Shown here: piece after piece, positions 48,948 to 62,640 of the stretch
How the letters are laid out: each line of letters begins with the position of its first letter
How positions within the stretch are numbered: the first letter of the stretch is position 1
Assembly: GCA_965235115.1 (NCBI GenBank)
Contig: OZ249436.1
Location: 37,884,001-37,948,000, forward strand
DNA: 64,000 bases
DNA from: Laetmonice hystrix
Lineage: Eukaryota
Direction of reading: 5' to 3'
Translations under genes and position numbers: made by a program
The notes under the pieces: generated by a model
Databases searched by the model: none
Told to the model about the DNA's origin: nothing
The model's input: the letters and a program-made list of their open reading frames with translations, nothing else

Positions 48948-51726
48948 TTAAAGAGATTCTACATAATCCTAACCTCTCATGAACCGGTGCCCGAAAACTA
49001 TAACACCCATTTCTAAGTATCAGAAGGCTGTGCTGATGGCCAGCGGCGTTCACCTATCGATGTCATTTGCTGTAGTAATCGTTTCAACTTTCAAGATAAC
49101 GATTTTTGACAGTTGCAGTTGGTTTAGCCTACTCTGAGAATAATAATAGTAGGGGCGTGCATAGCACTGAAGGGTAGGGGGTTTTGTAGGTAGGATCTTG
49201 TTGGATAAATAGAAAAGGGGATAGAAAGAGGATGTACCCTGTTGTGTTTTGCACTCTTTGGTTGGATCTTCCGTGTCAAACGTTTAACCACCCCCAGTAT
49301 AGCCTACCGGTACCGTCAGAGTTGGTTTACTCTGAGAATGATAATAATAGGCCTTGGCTTACATGTTGACGGTATACAAATGATATAATGTGCGTAGACG
49401 CCGGAAGTTGGGGGCAGGTCCAGGGGTGTGGAGTTCAGAGCTGCATTGTCAGAATTGATGTGTATATCAGTTTTAGTTATAGAATAACCTATTGGTGCCA
49501 TTTCAACTGACAGATTGTGAACTAGCCACCCCCACCCCCAACCCACACAGAACATAGCGTGTGGCGCCTGTGTTTCATCATAGAGTCTATATTGATTTCA
49601 ATATTTCAATATAGATTCTATGGTTTCATATATATGTTGAATCATGTGCAATGTTAAATGGGCGGGTATACGAAATCATACACTCCTGGTGGAGACCTTG
49701 TCTATACTTACTGGGGTATTTTTGTTGGGGGGTCGCTTTCATATTTAGCAACACTGCCATTGTTGCGTCCTAGGGGTACCGTCAATTGGCAGTCACAAAG
49801 TTACAGTAAGGTCGAGTCACACACTCCTGGTAAAGACCGTGAATGTACTTACTGGAGTATTTAGGGGGGGGGGGTCGCTTCCACTTCAACAACACTGCAT
49901 CATCATGGTATAAGATATCTTCCTATTGGCTCGGTCAAAATGTTTTAACGTCCGACCTCCATAAGGTCATGCCTTGACCCATCGTGTCATTTATATAGGG
50001 TGGTATACTGCCACAGTGATACAAGTAGATCTACTTATCACACGCTTCGGAACTAACGGTGTATTATACATTCGAGTTATAGTGAAATTATTAGAGCATA
50101 AAGCACGCTTAGCGACGGTGACATTCCCGGTTTATTTAGACGCCATTTTGTCTTCGAATAGTTATGTGCTTAAATACAATATTGCATCTTGGAACGAGTT
50201 TATATGCCTAATGCAAGCACTCGGTTTCGCCTGGTGCACATAATGCCGAGATGTGTACAGAGCATAAATAACTGTTGATGTGATATAGTGCTACTTTCAG
50301 TGGCGCTCCAATGGTAGCTGTGGTGAGATTTGTTGGGAAGAACTACTTTTGGAAATTTGCATTCGATTATTGGTGTGAATGGCACCTCCAGTCTAAAAAC
50401 TGAAAGAAACAGTCCAGGTTATTGAAGGGTCATACCCTGATATCATGACCAACATTTTGTATGAAGTGAGTTTGGATGAATAAAACATGTACTTAAAAAT
50501 ACCTATAACGTGGACAATTGTTAAATATATATACGGGTTTAAATATGAGGTTTTTCTTAACCCAGCGATCTTTGATCACCCATTTATACTCTGGGGCACA
50601 CGGACGTGGTGGTTGCTAGTTTTGTTAGAAGACTTGTCAACTCAACAAGAACCAAGAGAACACAGTAATGAACATGTTGTAAATAGCCAAAAGCAGATTG
50701 TAAACAGAACTGTTTAAAATGTTAGGCAAAATTCAGGGTTGTAAATCGCAACATTCCGCAATTTAAAAAAGGCTTCAGATTGTTAGGACTTCTACTACGT
50801 ATATACCGTGAGAAAACGCGCCAAGTTCGCCTGCAGCCAAAGACATTAGTTTGTGGACAGATATATAAATAAGCCCAACTACCATTGAGTTGCTCTATAC
50901 GGTCTCCAAATAACAAGGTTCCGCGTTACAAATGTAAAACCTTACTCCGTAATTTGCGGGACTGTAAGAACTACTTCTGATCCGTCATCATTTGGTGCCG
51001 CTCGGACAAGGTCGCTGCCCTCAATTCCCATTGAACTGGCTGGGACAGCGGGTTGTTGGCCCTGAGGCCGGCGGGGCGATAGAAGACTCAGATCAGTGGG
51101 GTAATGAAGTCATAGTATCAGGAAATACGGGTCTACGGAAACCCATCGGCACGCCTCGATCCCTTTGAAATCCGCTCGCCGCCTGGGCGTAATTAAAGGC
51201 GATACCTGCCCTCAAACTCTGCATATTGCACACAATTTATCGAGTGTGAAGCAATGGATATGGGAGTTTAAGAGTCAGCTGGGAATGTGTCCCTGAGGGC
51301 AAGTTTCGTTTTAGGAGTTACAAACCATAGGTTTTGAGAAGACGAGGCGGGTCGGACGTGGGTGCTCAGACCGACCTTAGGAGGTGCTTGATGAAGGAGG
51401 GTGCCCTGAGAGAGACCCCCTCGAGGCGAGGCGCCTATACCATCGTACAAATTATTACACCTCGCGCCACCACCGAGCGCTACTCGCCGGGTCCGACTCG
51501 CTCGCCCGGCTCCCGCTGGAAACGTTTAATCACGACCGGCTTGTAACAAAAGACCGATAATCACCACTAACCACCGCCGCTATCACCGGGCTCGATTTCT
51601 CGATCATTGTCAATGAGCGTCAAAGGGAGAAAGGCGCGGCCTTCAATTGAGCAGGTACATAGCCGAAGGGTGCCCGTCTCCCGTGGGAACCCGTGGGGCA
51701 GGAGACAGTGCACGGTTGAGGGCCAG

Positions 51727-52590
51727 GAAAGTTAGGAGGATTTGGATATACGAGTTACAACCCAGGGAAGGCAGAGGGAGGGAAGGGGTGGGGGCAGGGA
51801 GGGTCAGGGAAGTTAGGAGGATTTGGATATACGAGTTACAACCCAGGGAAAGCAGAGGGAGGGAAGGGGTGGGGGCAGGGAGGGTCAGGGAAGTTAGGAG
51901 GATTTTGATATACGAGTTACAACCCAGGGAAGGGGAAGGGAGGGAAGGGGTGGGGGCAGGGAGGGTCAGGGAAGTTAGGAGGATTTGGATATACGAGTTA
52001 CAACCCAGGGAAGGGGAAGGGAGGGAAGGGGTGGGGGCAGGGAGGGTCAGGGAAGTTAGGAGGATTTGGATATACGAGTTACAACCCATGCAGGTAAACG
52101 GAGAGGGAGGGAAGAGGTTGGGGCAGGGAGGGTCAGGGAAGTTAGGAGGATTTTGATATACGAGTTACAACCCAGGGAAGGCAGAGGGAGGGAAGGGGTG
52201 GGGGCAGGGAGGGGCAGGGAAGTTAGGAGGATTTGGATATACGAGTTACAACCCAGGGAAAGCAGAGGGAGGGAAGGGGTGGGGGCAGGGAGGGTCAGGG
52301 AAGTTAGGAGGATTTGGATATACGAGTTACAACCCAGGGAAGGGGAAGGGAGGGAAGGGGTTGGGGCAGGGAGGGTCAGGGAAGTTAGGAGGATTTGGAT
52401 ATTACGAGTTACAACCCAGGGAAGGGGGAGGGAAGGAAGGGGTTGGGGAAGCTTCTGGCGGAGAGTAGGGGAGGGCCAGAGAAGTTATAGGAGGAGGGTT
52501 TGGATATACGAGGCAGAGGGAGGGAAGGGGTGGGGGCAGCTTCTGGCGGAGAGGGGAGGGCCAGAGAAGTTATAGGAGGAGGATTTGGAT
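51727..52590. repeat. 81-bp purine/G-rich minisatellite
   Basis: Unit GGAAGTTAGGAGGATTTGGATATACGAGTTACAACCCAGGGAAGG..GGGAGGGAAGGGGTGGGGGCAGGGAGGGTCAG. Confidence 0.93.
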
Positions 52591-55500
52591 TTGGATTCGG
52601 AGTGCATGGTCAGTTTTACTGCATGGTAGGAAACCGGAGTATACACTTCCCCACATCTGGCTCGAATGGGAGGGACCTGCGATGAGCAGGAGATGGTAGG
52701 GCGCAGGAGAGGGGAGGGCCGGGCAGAGGGTGGGGCAGGGGCCGGGCAGAGGGTGATGGGGGAGGGGCGGGCGGTGAGGAGGAGAGGGAGGCCGGGCGCA
52801 GGAGAGGGGAGGGGCCGGGCGCAGGAGAGGGGAGGGCCGGGTAGGGGGTGGGGAGGGGCGGGCAGACGTGCTCAGTGTCACCTAATGATCGGTCAGGTCC
52901 GTCCAAGGCCCCCCGCTGAGGAATGCAGCAATCACACACACGCACACCCACCCACCGCACGCACGCACGGACGCATACATCGACAAATAAGCTCCCTCGG
53001 GCGTTCCTCTCGAGACGCTAGGTTAGTTTACCCAAACAATAACGGCCACTTTATAGACAACATGTCACTAAAGACAGTAAGAAGAAAATTGAGATTGGAT
53101 TTATTTGGATTGGTGTGTGACACTGACTGGGCCACTCACATTGATTAGTGTTTTTAGTATATACCTATAAAGATATTTTCAGGTTGAGCACAGACACTTG
53201 AGACAGATGACCTTTTCAATTATTGTGTCCAATTGACCCGTTCTTGTCATTGGTGTTAGAGAAGACGGGATGGTGAAGTGCAGATCTTCGGTTTTTTCTG
53301 TTAGGGTTGTAGTAGTTTAGGAGTTTAACGCAAGAGATCGATGCATGCTATTTTCGAGTCAGTTATAGAACAACAGTATAGGCCACTACTGTGCATGGAA
53401 ATAGGTAATTAAAGACAGTGGCTCAGCATTCAAATGCACTTCATTTCTTACGTGTAATAAACCACTAACATTATTGAAACATATGATTGGGCAAAGATGG
53501 CGTTAACACCTGCATGGGTTGGTGGTGTCCCGGGGGTATTCCTGCTCTGGTTCCTCTTTACATAATGATTGGTTCAATCATTAATTACGAGATACATTAA
53601 TCATCACCTCAGGGGTGGTTACAATAATTATTATGTAAACACATTTAATAGGTAGTAACAGCCCTTGTCTGTAACCGGAGGGGTTGGTGTGTATAGGCGC
53701 CAGTGAGGGAAACTGTTCAGTTCCGTGGGTAATGATCGTATAGGTCGGGTAGGTGGCAAAGTCCCCTGGAATGCAGGTCTGACGGACCTGTATCCCTAAA
53801 ATGCAGGTCCCATTAACACGATGCAGCCTGTGTGAAAGGAATATAAGTCCGCCGGAGTGGAGCTCCGCCGGACCTGGATTCCTTGGTTATGCAGGTCCTA
53901 TAGGTCATCAACTTAAGACAATATTATTAATTAAATACAAATGGATCACGGTTAAGGTTAGGATTAGGGATACGTTTATGAAGAAATATTTAAATAATAC
54001 AACATCACGGACTTAAATCCTAGGAATGTAGGTCCGTCGCACTTATACTTCAGGGATAGCAGGCCCGTCGGAAATGCGGTTTGGCGGCCCAAACTGGCGA
54101 CAGCCAAATTCCGGTTCCGGTCATTTTGCCTTGCTAGGCCAGTTGAATAAACTTTCTCTCAACTTCAACCCGTGATATAACTCCACAATTATTGTTCTCT
54201 TATTCATCAAACTTGCCTACATCAGAACTAAAATCTCTTATGTATGAAATGTATTTTTTCTAACATAAGAGATTTTGGTTTTTGAGATATTTAATTGTCA
54301 AAAAATGTCAATATTTGGAGAGGTGTACGTTCACCCAATGTTCATGAATAACGAATGCTGCATTTCGCCAGCGAGGCTCAGTAACATAACGTTTTGATAA
54401 TTAGGTCACGTGACTTACGCTCCCTATGCTCATCTTAACCTTAACCTTACATAATGTTTCTCCTTATTTAAAATGTCTTACTTCACGAAGTGGACCTGCA
54501 TCTCCAGGGAATCCTGTTCCTGCGAACTTGCATCCCGCCAGACTATAGCTTACATTCCTTTCACAGGCATGAGGAGTTGGCACTACGGAAATCAGGATCC
54601 TATTCTAAATAAAGTTAGATTTTATCATCGTATAAACTATACAAATTTAAGTTATGTCGATCTCCTTGGTAGAACAGCCAACTATACAGTAGGCCTACTG
54701 TTGTCACTGACATCTGCTGTGTGTAGGCCTACAGACGTAGATCTATATGGCAGGGTGAGGTCTTCCCGACAACTTTTATTTTGTATCAGTCTCAGACAAG
54801 CGCGATAGATCGGATTGTAGAAAGAGATTGTCACATGAGCTCTATATATAGACCCACACTTACCGGATTGATATCTAAACCAAGTGTGGATGATGGTAAA
54901 ATTGTTTGCTACTGTAGGCCTACGTGCTGACTGGCCATGCGTGACGAGAAGTCCCGGACAATTTCTGGAAGGAGACTCGGTGTGCAGCCAGGTGGATCGG
55001 ATACCCCCTGCCCAGCGTTACACATCCGGGTGTTTACGGCTGGTTAGGCGGTCCGAGTGGGAACGCACACGCGTGCACGTGAGGCAGACGTCACAGTTAC
55101 GTTTATAATACAAAGTTCTCGGCCAGTGACGTCAATGACGAGATTTAAGTAGAATCCATTTCATCTGCTGGCTGTAGATAAATGACAAATGTTTTGTTTA
55201 GATCTCAGAATAAATAATATCCTCATTCCTGCACGCACATATGACGTAAACCCGTAGATCTATGTGGAAATGTTTGTACAACATGTACAACAAATTTAAA
55301 TGGGACGGCTGTTTGTTACCGAGGGATGGAAGCTAGGGCCGCTGTCAATATGCAACTCTTCATCTTTTTTTAAAGCATTGATGATATCAGGTGATATAAA
55401 TGACTTTGTGAAGGACATATTTCCTGGTAATGTTTGTCTCCACGACACCGCAGCAAGCCAAAAGTAGGATGAGTTTGCGGAAAACTTTAATCTTGACATC

Positions 55501-57276
55501 TATGATTATATAACACCCGAGTGGTGGACGAGGGGGGGGGGGGGTGAATTACCATGTGCACCCTTCGAACCGCTTTTTTTCTTTCCTTCCTTCATTTTCT
55601 TTCTCTTTCAGGCCCCTTTGCTCACTCCCTGTAGGACTGTGTCAAGAATATGCAGGCTAATCTTTAGTTACTTTGTACGTTGGCCTATACAATCCAATTA
55701 AATCTCGCACAGTTGGACTAAACAGGACTTAAAGTCATTTACGTTTATCTCTTAGTTCAATGAGGCCAAAGTGAAGACCTGCACTTTTAGGTTAGATTAT
55801 GCCTTACATAGATTACATAAATCAATAAATGTTTACCCACAAAAATGGAAAAGATCTAATGAAAACTATGAAGCGATCGTCTTATGGCTGCATGGTTGTT
55901 GACAAAATCGTTGACCTGGCATTGACTTGAACAGCCAATGAAATTCATCGGGCGATGAACCAATGAACAGCCCGTGTCTTCATTTTGGAGTCATTGAGCT
56001 AAGATGATGCGGATCTAAGCGGATCCAACGGCTTTTGACAATTAGATTTTACCTAAAATCTCTCTTTAACTGAAGGCTAATTTAATGTAAACATGCCCTG
56101 TATGAATACATGTATACCCTGCACTGCGTTTCATTTACTATTAATGGGAGATCACTAGCAAAAAGTCAAGTGCCCCCCCCCCCCCCAATCTTGAGCATGA
56201 TCACTTTTGACATTTCATATACATGTACCTCATTTTGTGCTCCAAAATGCACTAAATCCTTAATAAATCCTCACCAAATTGCAACTTTTATTTCAAAATT
56301 TTCCGGCGGGCATGCCCCTGGCCCCCCTAGCAAGGGTTCGCGCCTTCGGCGCTCGCCTTGTCCAAGGCTCCTTTAGCCACCCCCCTTAAAAAAAATCCTA
56401 GATCCGCGCCTGCATCCGAATTTTAGGAGACAGGAAATGGACCCACTGCTTTATTCATATTCCGATGGGATTGTAACAGTCGATCATCGGTAAATATTTT
56501 TTCGACTATAAATTATTATTCGATACTTCGGTACAAGTTTCACTCCGTGAGTTGATATATGATAGTAAAGTGCTGCAATGTTGCATGGACATAGCCTCGG
56601 CTTGTTCAGTCATGAGATGACCTCCGTGTGTCTATGGTGTTCTTAACGATCCTAGCACTGGTTCACACTCGCACTCAAGGGGTTACAGTGTTCTAGAGCC
56701 ATATATATAAGGTATAGGCCATACACATTATGCACCCAAACGTCGGAGTATTATGACGTCACAGCGTTCCTGGCGTCCCATCGACATCAGGTCAACCACA
56801 GAAATGCCGACCTTAGGCCGATATACGGTTCGTTCCGAGAAGTCGGTCTCGCTAGGCATCATGGGATTGGCACCCAGAGTACAAATTTGCCGAATTTTAC
56901 GGAAAAGATTAGATGATTCTGAAATATTGCAATGACTGGCGTCTATGACGCGTGCAGAGTATTCGAGGAAGTTCTTGATGGGTTCCAAGGGATGATGAGC
57001 TCACCTGTACCTGGTCACACCGAGCATAGGCCTACTTTGTGTCCAGGTAGACTCACAAAAATAGATTAATCTATAACAAAAAGGCCCAAGCCTTGTTTAG
57101 GTCCATAATTATCGAGGGTGAGTTAAAGGGGCTCAAGCTTGATGGGAATGACTGTGAAGGCCGGGGGGACTCTCCAGAAAGTTGCAAAAATTCACGTGTT
57201 CTGTAGATTACAGATCTGTAGGCTACGGGATCAATTTTAGTTGAAATCTTTGTTTCAGCTAAGAAGTTGGGCTATA

Positions 57277-58154
57277 CAGAGTGGCTCAATAAAAATGTTA
57301 CACTTACAAAATTGTCAATATCTTTTATAATTTTGGCATTTACCCTAAAATATGCATTTGTGCTTGAAGAGCAAGCTCTCTGGATTAATTTGACACCAGC
57401 AGATTCAAAATCCTTCCATGGTTGACTGCACAGGACAGGTTTTATTGACTCAAGTGAAATCTGACTTGCGCCAACTTCTCAGTGGTACATGTACGTATAT
57501 ACACAGCCATGGTGCGTCCTCAGTTAACGCCACAGCAGAGGGCTTTCCTTGTCTCTGAATACGCCCGTGCCAACAGTGCAGCAAGTTTTAGGCGCCAGTA
57601 CCCTAACTCTCGATGCCCTGCACGTATCACTGTGTACAGAAATTTTGCAAAGTACCGAAATCAGGGAACAAGCCAGAATCTGAACAAGGGACATTCAGGA
57701 CGTCCACGAACTGGCCGGTCACAACAGAACATCCAAGCTGTTCAGGACAGACTTCATCAAGCACGTCAGAATTGTGAGAGGGTCAGCTCAAGGCAGAATG
57801 GAATTGGTATGCCACATGCAACATTTAACCGCATCACCAGGATTGTTTTGCAGCTGCATCCATATCAAATGATACGACATCATCAGCTGCTCCCCGGAGA
57901 CTTTCCACGAAGAGAACAAAATTCTTTGTCGTTTGTCCTGTTCAACCACTGAGAAGTTGGCGCAAGTCAGATTTCACGTGAGTCAATAAAACCTGTCCTG
58001 TGCAGTCAACCATGGAAGGATTTTGAATCTGCTGGTGTCAAATTAATCCAGAGAGCTTGCTCCTCAAGAACAAATGTATATTTTAGGGTAAATGCCAACA
58101 TTATAAAAGATATTGACAATTTTGTAAGTGTAACATTTTTATTGAGCCACTCTG
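57277..58154 (+). mobile_element. Internally deleted Tc1/mariner-superfamily transposon (878 bp)
   Basis: TA|CAGAGTGGCTCAATAAAAATG ... CATTTTTATTGAGCCACTCTG|TA, with ~210-bp TIRs (57277-57486, 57945-58154). Confidence 0.92.
57509..57952 (+). pseudogene. Truncated Tc1/mariner transposase: N-terminal HTH DNA-binding region only
   Basis: MVRPQLTPQQRAFLV...TVYRNFAKYRNQGT..SGRPRT...LQLHPYQM (GRPR linker). The frame runs into the right TIR before any DDD/E domain. Confidence 0.8.
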
Positions 58155-60592
58155 TAGAGGGGTCTAGGTCTAGGCTAATTCCTATCTCCGTCGGTGTAGA
58201 CTCTACTGAAGTACCGGCTAACAAGACGAAGTTTCACAAGCATTTATAGGCCTAGATGATTGACTGCATTATGCCTACATACTGCCCTAGGGTCCTATAC
58301 AATCAATAAATGCTAGCTCCAATATCTTCCCTGAACCGTTATCCCTGCCCAGCACATGGCGAGGACATACGCGCCCCCTGTTGACGAGTTTTCCCACGTC
58401 GCGGCCGTACATCGCTGTCTCTTCCCGACATGCACTGCGCCGCTTGAGCTGGGTCCGGCACGCTCCGCCTGGCGGGCAGTAACCGAACCAACTATCAGAA
58501 CAACGCGGCGTCACCATTGTTTCTTTCAGCCGGTTAACCATATGTTGTGGGTGCGTGTTGACACCCCATGGCGTTCGCTTTATTACCCTCGGGGGTGTAT
58601 TGGCCGTATTTATGACAAGATAATCCGTACAAATAACCAGAGGGGGCGGGGCAGCTAGACTTACTGTCCCATCGGCTTGGCTCCTCCATCGATTATGTGC
58701 ATTCTGAATTAGGCCGACCCTCGTCTGCTTTGTTGGTTAACGATTTCCACTGGATCTCCGAAGAAAGTTTCTGGTCTCGTGCCCATTACTCTGTTTTACT
58801 TCTCGTGGGGTTCACATAGGCCTATTTATTGTAACATTCTGGTTGAGTCCTAATTTTCCTTGAATTCCACTGGGCTAGAGAAATGTTTTTAATGATCAGT
58901 TCCCAACGATTGCCTTTCTATTTTCTAATACATTTAAAACAACGCTAACGGACTTCTAAGGTTCACCATAGATATAGTTTCTGCTAACGTCACCTTGGCA
59001 ACAGGCACCTGGTCCAGGTGTTCCGGGGACCGTTTGATCCCTGATCTTACACGATCCCACAGACCAGTGAGGGGATTCCCCTTTAACAGACGCATGACCA
59101 CAAGATCATGTTGTCATACCTCAATATAATCAATGGCGTGAGGTGCCAGCAAACAGCACGGACCATAACGTTTGATGTTGTTTATATCCTTCGGATCGTT
59201 CTATCCCGGCAACCCTCCGTCCCGTCGTCCACCTGCGAGCGAACACCAGTACAACGTCCCGACCCACCTCCACCCTTTTCATAATTTTGGTTTAGGTACA
59301 TCACTTTCTCTCTTTGATCTTTTCTGCACCTGTCTATAGGATGCCGTATGCCCCTGGCGACCTCTTGACCCCACCAGGGCTCTGCCCATGTAAAAGTATG
59401 ATTGTTCATGAAAAGCCTTCCAGGACATGTTTACATGTCAGCCCCAGGTCGTCTTTGATGTTGGAGTCTAACATGATTCCTATTCGTTTAGTCATTTTAC
59501 ACTTGGCTGTAATGTTAATTTTCTTTCTTGATGGTCTGTCCTGCCTTTTCTCACTCTCCACTCATGTAAGACACACCCAGGGACAAAATGCCAGACACAT
59601 AACCGCATCAGTGGACGTAACAAACACGGTGGCACATTCTATACTCGAGACGTTAACCATCCCGACTTGACTGATTCCAAGAATTCCCTTCATATAGTAT
59701 AATTCTGATAGTCCTCCTATATTCTGACAATGATTGACAGTTTGATATCGTCGGAATTTGTTCCGGCAACAGTTAGTAAAACACCTGTAGAAGTCCTCGC
59801 CTGACAGTCGAGGAGATCCTGCCCTGAACATCACACTCTGTGATCTCTGGCCCGTGGCGTGGTTCCCCAGGAACCCTGGATCGTCTTGCCTGCCTACATG
59901 AACACAGCTGAACATAGCTGAACACAGCTGAACACGCAGAAACAACTGCCATTCTCTGGCACTGCTGCAACAGCATTTCGATTACCTGGGCGTCGTAGTT
60001 TGGAAGAAACGCCGCCTGCTTGCATGGCTGAAACTTAAAATGTATAATAAAAGGCATCGGGCCTTTGTAAGGAATATTACAACAACCCCCATATGGCCGA
60101 TGCGAACAATATTACTAAACCATGAATTAAGTTATAACCCTCATACACGATGAACACGGTGGCAATGTAAGAGCAAATCTGAGGAAATGTTTAAAAATTA
60201 CAAGGCATGCTTATGAAATTATAATAAACATTCCCTTCCCAGACCTAAATTTGTATTTTTCGAAGTACTATTATTTTTTAGCCATACATTTTTTTCTGAG
60301 CAGAATGTGTCCTCTATACTTAACGGCCTAATCAACATGTTATCTTCTCCCTGCGACATCATTTTCTGGCGGAGATGATCCTGGTATAAAGAGGATCAAT
60401 TGTCGATAGGATCAACTGTTGTTGGCAGAGCCTGATTACTTAGTACACATTGTTATGAGGAGAATAGCGGTTTCATCCTGTAGGGGGTTGGTTGTCCATC
60501 GCACTGCATCTGTCATCTCCACGCATCATCGCGTCCATTCACCCATTCTTATTGTCCGTGACGGGGGGGGGGGGGGCACGACGGGCTCTCAG

Positions 60593-62640
60593 CAGCTTCA
60601 CAAACTGTACGAGTCACACCTATACCACAGTCAGACTCCCGGGCTGTATACCAACAGCTTCACAAACTGTACGAGTCACACCTATACCACAGTCAGGCTC
60701 CCGGGCTGTATACCAACAGCTTCACAAACTGTACGAGTCACACCTATACCACAGTCAGACTCCCGGGCTGTATACCAACAGCTTCACAAACTGTACGAGT
60801 CACACCTATACCACAGTCAGAATCCCGGGTTGTGTACCACCAGCTTCACAAACTGTACGAGTCACACCTATACCACAGTCAGACTCCCGGGCTGTATACC
60901 AACAGCTTTACAAACTGTACGAGTCACACCTATACCACAGTCAGACTCCCGGGCTGTGTACCACCAGCTTCACAAACTGTACGAGTCACACCTATACCAC
61001 AGTCAGACTCCCGGACTGTATACCAACAGCTTCACAAACTGTACGCGTCACACCTATACCACAGTCAGACTCCCGGGCTGTATACCAACAGCTTCACAAA
61101 CTGTACGAGTCACACCTATACCACAGTCAGGCTCCCGGGCTGTATACCAACAGCTTCACAAACTGTACGAGTCACACCTATACCACAGTCAGACTCCCGG
61201 GCTGTATACCAACAGCTTTACAAACTGTACGAGAGACACCTATTAATACCACAGTCAGGCTCCCGGGCTGTATACCACCAGCTTCACAAACTGTACGAGT
61301 CACACCTATACCACAGTCAGACTCCCGGGTTGTATACCAAGAGTTTCACAAACTGTACGAGTCACACCTATACCACAGTCAGACTCCCGGGCTGTGTACC
61401 ACCAGCTTCACAAACTGTACGAGTCACACCTATACCACAGTCAGGCTCCCGGGCTGTATACCAACAGCTTTACAAACTGTACGAGACACACTTATTAATA
61501 CCACAGTCAGGCTCCCGGGCTGTATACCACCAGCTTCACAAACTGTACGAGTCACACCTATACCACAGTCAGACTCCCGGTTTGTATACCAACAATTTCA
61601 CAAACTGTACGAGTCACACCTATACCACAGTCAGACTCCCGGGCTGTATACCAACAGATTCACAAACTGTACGAGACACACCTATACCACAGTCAGGCTC
61701 CCGGGCTGTATACCAACAGCTTTACAAACTGTACGAGACACACCTATACCACAGTCAGGCTCCCGGGCTGTATACCACCAACTTCACAAACTGTACGAGT
61801 CATACCTATACCACAGTCAGGCTCCCGGGCTGTATACCAACAGCTTTACAAACTGTACGAGACACACCTATACCACAGTCAGACTCCCGGACTGTGTACC
61901 ACCAGCTTCACAAACTGTACGAGTCACACCTATACCACAGTCAGACTCCCGGACTGTATACCAACAGCTTTACAAACTGTACGAGTCACACCTATACCAC
62001 AGTCAGACTCCCGGGCTGTATACCAACTGCTTCACAAACTGTACGAGACACGCCTATACCACAGTCGGACTCCCGGGCTGTATACCAACAGCTTCACAAA
62101 CTGTACGAGTCACACCTATACCACAGTCAGACTCCCGGGCTGTATACCAACAGCTTCACAAACTGTACGAGTCACACCTATACCACAGTCAGGCACCCGG
62201 GCTGTATACCAACAGCTTCACAAACTCTACGAGTCACACCTATACCACAGTCAGACTCCCGGGCTGTATACCAACAGCTTCACAAACTGTACGAGTCACA
62301 CCTATACCACAGTCAGACTCCCGGACTGTATACCAACAGCTTTACAAACTGTACGAGTCACACCTATACCACAGTCAGACTCCCGGGCTGTATACCAACA
62401 GCTTCACAAACTGTACGAGTCACACCTATACCACAGTCAGACTCCCGGGCTGTATACCACCAACTTCACAAACTGTACGAGTCACACCTATACCACAGTC
62501 AGACTCCCGGGCTGTATACCAACAGCTTCACAAACTGTACGAGTCACACCTATACCACAGTCAGGCTCCCGGGCTGTATACCAACAGCTTCACAAACTGT
62601 ACGAGTCACACCTATACCACAGTCAGACTCCCGGGCTATA
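60593..62640. repeat. 62-bp minisatellite, ~33 copies
   Basis: Unit CAGCTTCACAAACTGTACGAGTCACACCTATACCACAGTCAGACTCCCGGGCTGTATACCAA. Confidence 0.97.

Noticed and set aside
59562..60057. Possible exons of a second gene
   Set aside because: No recognisable protein motif or consistent exon chain.
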